A stretch of DNA of 64,000 nt from Azolla caroliniana (Eukaryota; Plantae; Polypodiophyta). The stretch's first letter is position 1, and the number at the start of each line of letters is the position of its first letter. The DNA lies in the NCBI GenBank assembly GCA_043228905.1, contig JBHGNT010000002.1:22444001-22508000 (forward strand). Reading direction: 5' to 3'. The position numbers and the translations under genes are program-made. Below are positions 1 to 11,301 of the stretch, piece by piece. The notes beneath the pieces are model-generated. The model did not search any database. It was not told the origin of the DNA and saw only the letters and a program-made list of their open reading frames with translations.

Positions 1-871
1 CTGATGGCAAGTGATGATGTAACAGTACTGGCGGTGGTGATGGTGGCGGTGGTAGCAATGCTGTGTCTGGTAATGTTATGGATGGTGATCATTTTCAGGA
101 GAAAACAACGCACGAGAAAGAAAACTTGTACGCAGATGCCTGGTATCTACTAACAGAGCCTGTAGTTCAGTGGTTCACAGATAACAGGACATAAAGTTGA
201 AGAAATGTAGAAAATAACAAGAAAAGAAAGCGGTATAAGTGGAAAAACTGGCAGCGGGAGGAAGAGAATACAAGAAGAAGATAAAGGAAGGAAAGGAAAC
301 AAGTCCTCCAAACGAGTAGCAGAAAGAATACAATGCTAAAACAAGGATATCTACAACTTAACATCATATGTAGACAACTGTCTTCAGAACCGACGTGGTA
401 ACACAGACACGTTCTCTGTATTAGAAAACGAAGAAAAATCTGAGCTTCTTCGATAAAAGCAATTGTAATAACATTGCAAATACGATGCTGATGGATTTAC
501 TGCTTCTGGTTCTACGCAGAACCACTGCGAGAATCAGAGAAAGAAAACGATGAAGCAGACACCATATATGTGCATATACAGAGATATTATAGTGGCCGCA
601 AAGAATTTAGCGTGGATGGTCGTTCGAGTACATAGGCCCAGAATTACAAAAACCTAATTTTGTTACCAGAATATAGCTTCTAAAGCATTAGAATTTACGG
701 CGTATATACCATTACAGACCAAGTGCCTTGCATGAAAGATCAGAGATACTAGCATGCATACATGGGAGAGGAGTTTTGGTGGAATGAGATGGATTAACAG
801 TAGTATAGCGCAGCAAGCAACTGCTGACGAATTAATGGAAAAGAAAAGGGGGGGAGAGAGAGAGTACTTAC

Positions 872-1153
872 ATCATACTGAAAGGAGTCTTGGTTTCCTG
901 TTAAGGCAACAGCGAAATGGTTACAGAGAAGCTGGATACGCTTTCCAGATCGGCCATGCGCAGGGCGAGTCATTTGGAGTGGGGGCTTGAAGAGAGGTCC
1001 GCTGGTTATAGGAGGAGGAGGAGGAGGAGGAGATGTTAGCGGCGATGGAGGAGGAGGTATGGAGGTTGCGGCTACATCCAGCGGTGGTGGTTGATCTGCA
1101 GAAGACGATGATGAGGGAGGAGCAGGAGGAGGAGGAGGAGCTTCATCAGCCAT
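872..1153 (-). CDS. Argonaute, AGO4/6/9-clade-like, first coding exon (gene continues off the left edge)
   Basis: ATG at 1153 gives a Pro-rich MADEAPPPP... leader, then MTRPAHGRSGKRIQLLCNHFAVAL..FQYD, matching the Argonaute N-domain start (RPGxGxxGxxIxLLxNHFxV...F.Y.V). GTAAGT donor follows codon GAT at 872 (94 codons). Confidence 0.8.
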
Positions 1154-1242
1154 GGTGTGAGAGAGAGCTTGAGAATGGCGATGGTGAAGATGGAGATGAG
1201 ATGAGAATTTAGGCAACGACAGAAAGTGAAGCGGGGGGGGGG

Positions 1243-1296
1243 GGGTTTAGGGTTTAGGAGTTTAGGAGTCTTAGGGTTTAGGGTTTAGGGTTTAGG
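1243..1296. repeat. Interstitial telomeric (TTTAGGG)n / telo-box array preceded by a poly-G run, just upstream of the AGO ATG
   Basis: gggtttagggtttaggagtttaggagtcttagggtttagggtttagggtttagg is about 7 perfect or degenerate units. A poly-G run lies at 1233-1245. Confidence 0.85.
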
Positions 1297-1889
1297 CACG
1301 CCGCCGCAGTCGCATAAACACACATACTGTATATGTTGGCGTACGAAAAGCACACTCCGAAAGAGCGTCGAGTGAGCATAAAATTGGCGATGGCGCAGAT
1401 GAACAGGAAAAGAATCATGTCTGCAGGGCCGTTAGGGATTACATGGGGACAGGAGACGCAGACAGACAGACAAACAGACAGACAAACAAAGAGAGAGTGA
1501 GAGATAGAGAGAGAGCGTGTGTGCATGGAAAGCAAATTTGTCACTTGTCTATTATTACATATTTTTATTAATTCTATTATTATTATTATTATTATTATTA
1601 TTGATTCTATTATTATTATTAGCATTAATCTCAATAATAAATAATACTTAATAATTGTTAACTAGTCCCTTTATTTTATTTTGTGATTCTCAGTCTTCTT
1701 CTTTTCCAAATACATTTAACTTTTTGGGGCTGTTTTTTTCTTACTTGCTTTTTTGCGTTTTGCGTTTGGCGCCTTTGTCTCTCTGCTTTTGCTTTTTGTG
1801 TTCCCGCGCTTCTGGGTTCCCACCCGAGGACGGCGCTTAAAAACCCATAGAAAATCAGGATCTGTTTTTTTTATCCCCCCCCCCTCTCC

Positions 1890-1923
<34 letters not shown>

Positions 1924-2699
1924 GTCCCCCGTACTTCTCGATGAAATAAACCCGGTCGATCGGACTCACGTTTATTAATAATTATTAGTCTTCCTAACAA
2001 TAAATATTGATACTGCTCCCCATTCCACACCATAAATTATTTGAGGTTTGAGAATATATTTATTTCTCTAGAATTGAATATATATATATATATATATATA
2101 GATTGGATTGTGAATGATACCATATATCCCCCCCATCCTTAAGTTTATGATTCTTTCAAGCGTGCACAAAGAATCTGTGATGTAAACCTCGTCTCGTCGA
2201 TGTAATAGTTCCACGACTTCCAATTATACCACATTCCCCCATACCCAAGCTAGTCTACTCCACCTAATGTGATAGAGTGGGTAGAGCTCTAATGCCATCA
2301 ATGAAAACCCATTTTAAGAGTGACAAAACACTATTAATGATGCCCAATTTTGTGGTATAATAACAACCCAAATGGCTTTAGTAAATGGGCACGTAATAAA
2401 CCTATGTCTGTCGTCTTCCTTAATCACTATGTAAGAAAAAGATTTCCTCTTTGATATATGCATTCGTTGTAAAAGCCATCACCAACTAACCATTGCATGC
2501 CAAAGAAACACCTTTGAACAAGATGGAAGATGAGGATGTCATCCTAAATTTAAAACTCAATACCACCGAATATCAAATGGCCGAGCTTTCCATGGTTCCT
2601 CAACCACAAACTTAGGATTGGGGAATTTGGAGTAGATGATGCCAATATTGATGGCTAAATATATCCATATCCATGCCATATGCTACTTTGGATTGTTCA

Positions 2700-3250
2700 A
2701 AAGGCCATCCATTTCCTAAGTGACTCTAACGTATCATCTTCCACAATTACCAAGCCAAACCTTGTCATTCTCATTAGAGAAGATAGATGGTTCTATTGTT
2801 TAGTTATGGAATAAGTTAATTGTTCAAATTTAGAGGCTAAATACTTCATGAATGTAGAAATTTGAGGTGCACATAAAATTGTTCAAAGGAATGCTTTCAG
2901 TATGCAATATTGGCATTTTGAGTTCACAATTGAAGCCTTTTGGTTTAACAAATGTACAAACAATTTTTTGTTTTATTTGGGATTTCATTAACATCTTCAC
3001 CATATGTAGTTTAATTGACTGGTATATTGATCTACTCAGAAACACAAAAGGCATCCATGTTCACTGTGGTTTCCTTTGTTGAATGAGCTTGCCCTCTAGA
3101 AAGGGCATGATGATGTACTTGTTATGTCCATGAATTAAGCTTGTCATCTCCATCATATAGTTCCCAGTGCTTCCCATCATCCATTGACAAAGTCAATGTT
3201 ATCTTCGTATTATGTGGCTTGTAATGGATGTATGTATACACCCACACACA
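2700..3250 (+). mobile_element. Degenerate Ty3/gypsy RT remnant
   Basis: LKPFGLTNVQTIF resembles the RT motif MPFGLTNAPATF. Downstream IDKVNVI resembles the gypsy RT/RNaseH linker DKVxxI. Heavily disrupted. Confidence 0.5.
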
Positions 3251-4499
3251 AAAACTTGAATAAATCACATGGTTTCATCGTTTTCTTTCTTAACACTATG
3301 TTTATATGCATGTAAGGATCCCTCTAATATGATTTAATATAAATGAAATCTTTTGGTTATATTCCACGCACAAAAGACATGACAATATTGAACATTTTTT
3401 GTTTCATCGCTGATTTTGACAGAGGCAAACTCTAAAGCTCAATATTGATTTGAATATAGGTTTCAATTCATATAAAGCATAAATATTCATTTGACTTTCG
3501 TTAGATTTATTTAACAAAGCTAAAATTTCATTCCTAAATACACAAATCATGCATTCGATCGTTAATATATTGGTTTGGTGGATATGAATGCACAGGATAA
3601 TGTTTTAGAATACTTGTTTAACACACAAAGGAGATGAAAGATGTTTTAGATTAATCCTTTAATGACTCAAAAAATGTCAAAGGGATTTCATGATAAACTA
3701 CATCAGATTGCATTATTATTACTGTTGTAGTATGTAAGTTGGTATAGGTTTTTCTAATTGATGTAGATGGTTATTTATATCATATAAACGTGGACCAGTT
3801 TACATTTCAGACATAATAGAGGGTTGATATTTCGTTCTATAATGATCTACACTCATTTACATGTTGAATGGATGTACATCAGTTTAGGTTTTGAGGCCAT
3901 GTCTATGTTTGCTATACATATAATAGCTTGAATAGCTATAAACTAAAAACTAGAAATTAGAAAATACACATAGAGAGGACCCAAACTAGTTTGTCTTGCT
4001 CATTACTTCATGCTTAATTTATAGTTGATATAGAGATACCAAATTCGGTGGTTTGGATACCAACCAATGCATGCATACATGCATGAACGCTTGCTAAAAA
4101 GGTGGCACAAAGGCACAAAAGTACACCACAATATACATGAAGTTAAAAATGCCACAAAATTGATGCATGCATTTTAAGTAGAATGAACATGATTTTTTCA
4201 TTCTAAGCATCCAATATATTAGGCTTTAGCTACGAGTGCTTCCTATGACAATGGGTTATGACAGTGTCATTGAAAAATGTGTGTCCATATTAAACTCAAA
4301 GCTAACACAGTTTTTACTCGAAGTCGGTGCGGAAAATGAAATAGTGGACAATGAAGAAATAAATAAATCCCACGGTTCCAACTTGCATCGAGTATAAACA
4401 AACGAGTAGTGGGAGACGGGTCATCCCCTTGGGTGCACATGAAGAGAGCATTTCCAGAGTTTCCACGTGGACATGAACATGTTTTCTTATGGGCAACCT

Positions 4500-4736
4500 T
4501 ACCGACCACTTCCTTCGTGTTGACTCGTCGTGTACAACAAGTGGTATGTGTGGCGTACATGAAAGAATTGATTTGTATGATCCATGGGAAACAAAAGGTT
4601 TTGCTTGTGGAGAGCCATACCGACCACTTCCTTCGTGTTGACTCGTCGTGTACAACAAGTGGTATGTGCGGCGTACATGAAAGAATTTATTTGTATGACA
4701 TGGGAAACAAAAGGTTTTGCTAGTGGAGAGCCATAC
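4500..4736. repeat. Near-perfect tandem duplication, unit about 118 bp, 2 copies
   Basis: taccgaccacttccttcgtgttgactcgtcgtgtacaacaagtggtatgtg...gtggagagccatac occurs at about 4500-4617 and 4618-4736 with few mismatches. Confidence 0.95.
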
Positions 4737-5011
4737 GAATGAGTTACCTTGGTCCTAATATAAATTTCAATATCTATCTCATTCTAAATTGCACTAATGT
4801 TTTTTCCTAACATAATGTGAAATGCACAATATCATTAACTTTCGCATGAGCATCTGACTTTAGCAAAATGTAAGTTGTTTGTACTCTTCCCCATCTTCAT
4901 TTAACTCTACTTACTTTCCTCTCCCAATTGCTTAAGAGGTTTCAAACCATTGACCCCTTAATCAGCAACGATTGAAGTTCACCTTATAAGACTTATTGTT
5001 GTTGTTCTAAT

Positions 5012-5288
5012 CATAGTATGAACCATACGTACCATACGCGCATTCGCATTCGCGAATGATTCAATCATTCGCGAAAGAAAAACACCCTCAAAGAATGATA
5101 AATATCATACTTTTGGATTAACTATTTATTATGAGGTAGATAAGCCTAAAAATGAAAAAAAAAACATAAAAAAAATGGGAAAAAAACAAAAAAAAAAAAC
5201 ACAAGAATGTTTGGATAACATTCGCATTCGTTTTCCAACGTAGGAAAACGAATGTTATACTAGACGAACACGAATTTTACGTACTATG
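5012..5288 (-). mobile_element. Non-autonomous hAT element (MITE), 277 bp, 8-bp TSD
   Basis: TIRs CATAGTATG...CGTACTATG, flanked by identical 8-mers GTTCTAAT at 5004-5011 and 5289-5296. One end is homologous to the 3' terminus of the hAT element at 59740-59868. Confidence 0.9.
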
Positions 5289-6738
5289 GTTCTAATTATC
5301 TTGTAGTGATCACTTGGATTAGAATCCAAAGCCTACCTTTCTCTTCTCACATGTACCGCATTATCATGGCGAATTTTATTAATGTCCAAAAATTAAAATA
5401 TCACAATTATCGGAATTTGGATAACTACATTAGAATTATTTACACATAGATTTTAGATGATTGAATAAGATTATTAATGACATACATTCAACTTATATGA
5501 TATGTATATCAATAATCCAAATAATATTGGAATTTGGTATCCTTGAATACAACAATATGTTAGTTAGTCATACATGTAATCACAACAATAGATTTACATA
5601 TAAGTTGATTTAGTGAAATTTATATAGTTTTTGTGTTTTTATAAATAAATGCATATCAAATGGATATCTCATAGCTAGGGATGCTAAACAAAGCAAGGAA
5701 TTAAAAGCATTATTTCTGATAACAAGTTTTTTATTTTTTGCACAATATTGGTCTCAACTTTGTTTTTTTGTGTTATTGTCTGATTTCATATCCTACAATG
5801 AGGTTTTACTGAACACACATGTTAAGTGAGTCTAGTGACGCTTCTTATCTATTGTTGCTCACTTGCTCATTGTTACGAATCATGCACATGATATAGAACT
5901 AGTTATTACGATGGCTACCGACATCAATCTTGTTTGCTTTCTTGAAGCAACTTCATGCATCATATGACTATGGTTTTAAGCTATCATGCATGTGCCCATG
6001 TCATTGGCATTGAACACATACTATTAATGGTCTTACCCGTTGATACATTTTATTATGTATTTGAACTCTTTACAAATCTACAACTTTTGTATGTTGTGCC
6101 CTAGATTGCTCCAAGCTATTCTTCCTTAAAAAAGTTTGCAAAATTAAGATGCTTTTTGTTGCGTTGGTGATATAGCTTTTTCAGTGGTGAATTGATTGCT
6201 TGGTCCTTTTGTATCATGAAAAGTGTGTCAATTTGAATGAAACACTTTGTTTTTTTTGCTGATTTCAAACTATGTATGAAGAAGAACTTTTTGGAACAAG
6301 TTTGACCCTAAATCAATTTCAGTGCTTAAGAGTTGTAGATCCCACAACTTTAGTTATATGTATAACATCTAGTGAGTCATGGCATGTTGAAAGCAAGGTC
6401 CAAAAGGCCCAAAATCCTTGATTTCTCCTTTGAAAAAATTTCGAAAAATTTAGCGTATTGCAAATTCTCTACCTATTACATGTCAAATGTTGGTTAATTA
6501 TGTTGTAAATTCATCCCCTTTTTCCAAATAACGTGTGTTATTTGAGGATTTCTACATCAAATCCTACTCTTTTTTCTCTTGCTCCGGGGCTCACAATATT
6601 GTAATATTTTTTTCTAATGATTCTATTCACAATACTTGTATCAAATCATGATAAAATAACCAAAACCCCCCAAGAATGTCATGTTCATGATATCTATTTA
6701 TTATAGGGTTGGAAAACGATGATCTAATATTTAATAAC

Positions 6739-7725
6739 ACTAACAACATCAACCAACGAACTAATTAAGACATCATCAAAATCATTGTATCCTCCAACAA
6801 AATGGTGTTCACCATTTCACATCAAGTAATGATTACGTTTCTCCAATTATGTTATTGGGCCAAGTTATCATTGTGTATTTGTTTTCTATGTAGAAGAAAG
6901 AATAGTCAAATCCTCAAAGTTGCCTCCGTGATAGAACTTGGAAAGCATTCACTCTTTGATGCATGCGTGCATTCCTAAGATACACAAAAATTGATTACGT
7001 GATGCTCATACATATATTTGCTTTACGTGAAAACAAATAAAATAGGTAGATGTGATCCTATCAACTCCATGTGTGACATTAGTGTGTAGATTGAATGATT
7101 TAACCTAGACATAATCCATTAATCCAACCACATGCATCTATTGATAATTTCAGCAATCCTTTAAAGTCATATATCAACATTAATAATTTTTACTTTAGGA
7201 CTTGTTTTGACATAAGTATTTCCAACCTTCAATGCATTGAATGATATCATTACACGATACTAACAACATCAACCAACAAACTGATTAAGGCATCGTCAAA
7301 ATCGTTGTATCCTCTAGCAAAACCATTGTTGTCATGTTACGTGAAGTAATCATTGTGTTTCTTCAATTATGTATATTGTCAAGATATCGTTACATTTTTC
7401 TTTATTTTGGTAGAACAAATAAGGAACTACATCCATAGGGCTGTTTCTCTGATAAAAGTTGAAAATCATCCAATATTCGATGCATATTTGCATTCCCAAA
7501 ATGCCAAAGAATAGTTGGATGATGAATGCTCGAACATGTGTGCATCATAGGAAGACCCCAAAATAATTACATGATGCATCAACATGCATAACAACAATTG
7601 TGCATCGTCATGCATATTATATGTATATGATCCAATGTAGTCCACCCAAGAGAGATCGAATCGTTTAACCATGAGTTGATCAATTAATCCAACTAGATGC
7701 ATCAATTGGTAGTTTCAACAATCCT
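6739..7725. repeat. Older diverged tandem duplication, period about 520-560 bp
   Basis: actaacaacatcaaccaac.aact.attaag.catc.tcaaaatc.ttgtatcctc occurs at about 6739 and 7259. The block caattaatccaac...atgcatc.attg..a.tttca.caatcct occurs at about 7115-7160 and 7680-7725. Confidence 0.75.
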
Positions 7726-7943
7726 CAGAAGCTGTGTACTAAGATTTAAACAAAATGCCTCTAACAATTTGTAGTGAAGTCTAGGTAGAGTGGAGAAGTT
7801 TTTGTCATTTGTGCAGAAATGTTGAAATGTTTGGTATGCATTATATAGATACACTTGAAAATTCATCATCGTAATTTTAGACGATCTTGAATGGGTGCCA
7901 AAAGTAGGAGCATGTTATCATGAGAGCTAGAATGTCGGGCAAA

Positions 7944-8014
7944 TATCCACATTTGTGTGAGTCATATTGAGAAGAGGATACATCCACATTTGTGTGAGTC
8001 ATATTGAGAAAAGG
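7944..8014. repeat. 38-bp tandem duplication
   Basis: atccacatttgtgtgagtcatattgagaa(g/a)agg repeated twice in direct succession. Confidence 0.9.
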
Positions 8015-8248
8015 TGTATCCGAGCGTTAGCGTGCCGGAAGCTCAATTTTGAGATTCAAAGAGCTATACCTAATAAACATAAAGAGAATAGAAGAGAAGA
8101 GAAGAGAAGGTCGGGTAGTTAGTTCAGTTAGTTCCAAATTTACCTTGCTATCCTTTTTCCTTTCTTTATTTTATTTATTTTAAGGTTTTTGTGTTGTGTG
8201 TTGCTTTTTTGCGCGTGTGAATGAGCCCTTAATCCCAGAGCTGGCCTC

Positions 8249-8258
8249 GCCACGTGGC
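8249..8258. promoter_or_regulatory. Perfect G-box palindrome GCCACGTGGC in a GC-rich promoter-like island
   Basis: Read directly. A second ACGTGG lies near 8287 and GCCC repeats at 8298-8314, upstream of the 9957 gene. Confidence 0.5.
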
Positions 8259-9956
8259 GCCACATGATTCGAGCTCGCGCCTGCTTACGTGGACTCTCCC
8301 GCCCGCCCGCCCGCCTTCCAGCCTCTGTCTTTCTGTCTCTGTGCAATCCGCCATAGCCCGCTTGCAGGCAGCTGTTTGTTTCCCTTTCCTTTCTGTTCGG
8401 CCTTGGGACGGGCCAAATTATGCGTTGATCGCCATAGCCAGAAGCTTCTTGTGTTTCGAAATGGAAGGCATGGACGTATCACCGCACATCTAATTAGATG
8501 TTATAACTTATAACCCCATAACTAGAAGTTTTTGCAGACAGAGAGAGCTTGAATCCACCATAGCCAGAAGTAGCTTCTGTTGGAAGATAAAGAAAGAAAA
8601 CGAAAAGAAAAAGGAAGTATCCAACTGTTTCTTAGAAGATGTAGTACTAAGTACGCCTGCCTTGGTTGGCATCTGTAAAAGAAGTATTTTACTGTTGCTG
8701 AGATGTATCGAGTACGCCATTGCTTCTGAGGGGAGAGAGCACGGTAGAGATAGAGATAGAGGAAGTGTGTCGGCCATAGCCAGAAACTTCGCAAGAAGTT
8801 TCGCCAAGAAGAACAAATGCTGTAGATACGTCTTCTTCAAGTTGTTGGTTTCAACTGTCTCCACTCGCTTTCAGGAAGAAGACTCTATCGTACTCTTTCG
8901 GAAAAGAGGTCTCTCAAAACCGGTAACGACTCGTCTCTCTCTGCCTTTTCGTTTTCGTCGCAACTTACAGACTTACTTCACTGTAGCAGAAAGACTAAAC
9001 CCTAACATTTCTTTCCTTTTCTCTCCGTTTCTTTCAATTTGACCATAGCCTTACCCGTCCTTGTTGCAGAAAAGAAGGGAAAAACTAAACTTTTCCTTCT
9101 TCTTCTTCCTCATTATTCTTGCGATTTCTGGACTCCGCTTGGAATATCGTTCCTTCAACGCCATGTCTAGTATTCTTCCATCTCCATCACTTCAATGATT
9201 ATACCTTCAACAAAATGGAGCATTTCGTTCTTGAATGGTGCCTCCTTGACTGTATTCATAAATACAGTCCCTTCTGAAGAAGAGTATGCCAAGATTTTCT
9301 GAAATGTCGGGTTTCCCTCACTCCCTATAGTTTCTTCACATCATTTCATTTCATCTTTTTCTTTTTCCTTTTGAAGAAGAGAACGACAAGTTTTTTCTGA
9401 ACTTCCGGATCTCCGTCGCTCTCTCTAGTTGCTTAACATCATTTCATTTCATTTCTTTCTTCTTCTACATGGCCTTATTATTAATCTTCTTATCTGAAAA
9501 ACCCTTTTCCATGATCTCTTGAATCGTCTGGTTTCTATATATCTCCAAGCTTTAGCGTTATCGTCGAAACAACATTTCATCTGTCAGAGCAGAAAAGCCT
9601 TTGAAATCCGAAATCACTCATTCTCTTGCTGTGCGTTTCTTCTTTACATAACTTCGTAATTCCAAAGCATAGCTTCGTTAATCCTTCTGGACCGAGTGCA
9701 GAAATGATCGTTTTCCTTTCCCGTTCCACATATCTTCACATTTCTAAGTTATGTGCATGTATCAAAGCTTTTAGACAATGACGAACCATATGAACAGATT
9801 TAATCAAGTGAGGAGCTACTTTCCTTCCTCTATCCACAGAACTGGTTCAGATTCTTCTAATATGAACAAAAGAACTTCAGCATTGTATACTCCTGTTTCC
9901 TAATCTCTTCATGCTTCTAATATACGCACACATATCTATATGTTAGATTTCTCAAC

Positions 9957-11301
9957 ATGATGAAGCAGATTAGTCTTGCAGAAGTTGATCAAAAGTACCA
10001 TCAAATGAAAGGGTCAACTAATCACTCTCTTCCTCCATACACAGAAATGCATCTTCAAGTTCACGTTCACAAGCTGATCCATGATTTTCTTTTCTCCAGT
10101 GACGGAGATCATGATCTCTCTTTATCTAAAAATATTTCATCTCCCAAGAAAAATGGTGCACACATGATATCTAAGGAAGGTAACTTAATGGCTAATCAGA
10201 CATGGATCTGGGGTGGGAATGAGAAGCATCAAGCTATAAGTTCGAACAATGTAAGATGCGACCTGGAAAGCTCGGCTTCCAATGACATAATGACCATAAT
10301 CTCTGTAGATGACGAGAATGGGGATCTGACAAATTCAAATCTAAACAATGAAGTCAAGTATGACCAGAAAAACTCAGTTTCTAGTGATATAATAAACATC
10401 ATCACCGTAAAAGATCAGCCGATGGTGTACTGTGATGATGCTATGGAAATACATGACCCAAATTCCAACCATGTTTCTTCTGTCATAGAGATGGAGAAAA
10501 ATAGCTTGTTTGGAGGTATATCACAATTCAACACATTCCAATGTGGAGGCAAGATAAGTGCAATAGCTGAGAATAGAATGAACATATTTCCATGCCAAAG
10601 CAAGGGAAAAAATGCCATATCTGACACAAATGAAGAGCCATTAAAAAGCAAGGTAAATGTCACGTCTGAGTACACAGACAATGTGAATGCCATAGTTGAC
10701 ACAGGCAAAGTCTCATGTGAAAGCAAGGTTAAAAATGCTGTATCTGACTACACAGACAATATATTTCCATGTAAAAGCAAGGAAACAAAGATAATATCAG
10801 AGTTCAAAGACAGCACATTTCTATGTAAAAACAACATAAGGAATGACATATCTGACACAGACGCGACGGAAGTGAAACCAAGCTTCAGGAAGCCACCAAG
10901 GCCTCCACGGTTGGCTACTTCACCAAATGAGTCTCATCATCCCTTCTTACGATGCCCTTCTGATGTAAATCTTCTCTTAAAGAGTACAAGAAAAGTGAGG
11001 GTAGACAGAAGGAAGGGTGGACCAGTAACTCCGGGCACAAACTCACCAATATGGGCCCTTGTTTTTACAATTTTTTTTGCAGTTGCCATGATTACTCAAG
11101 GTAATGATGCTAGTTTTTTATCCATGATCTTGAGTATATGATTGTATGAAGATATGGCTATGCGGTTATATGAACATGTGACTAGTAATCATCATCAGAA
11201 TTTTGCTGTCGCTTGCTGTTTTTTCAGGTTTTTGGTCCCAGAGTACTAGTGGTGGGCAAGGTGTAGCATCCTCTCCATCAGAAACTAATTATATTATGTG
11301 A
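9957..11301 (+). CDS. Uncharacterised plant membrane protein with KPPRPPR motif and C-terminal TM helix
   Basis: Main exon 9957-11100 ends RKPPRPPR...basic stretch...IWALVFTIFFAVAMITQG, typical of a conserved plant KPPRPP-TM family. Donor GT at 11101, acceptor ttttcag at 11227, next exon reads GFWSQSTSGGQGVASSPSE. The 3' end is uncertain. Confidence 0.7.

Noticed and set aside
1278-2033. ORFs with poly-Ile, SL or ER repeats
   Set aside because: These are translations of (ATT)n, (CT)n and (GACA)n microsatellites.
2830-3054. PIF/Harbinger DDE-like motif in the minus-strand ORF
   Set aside because: The match is weak, and the plus-strand PFGLTN motif explains the region better as gypsy RT.
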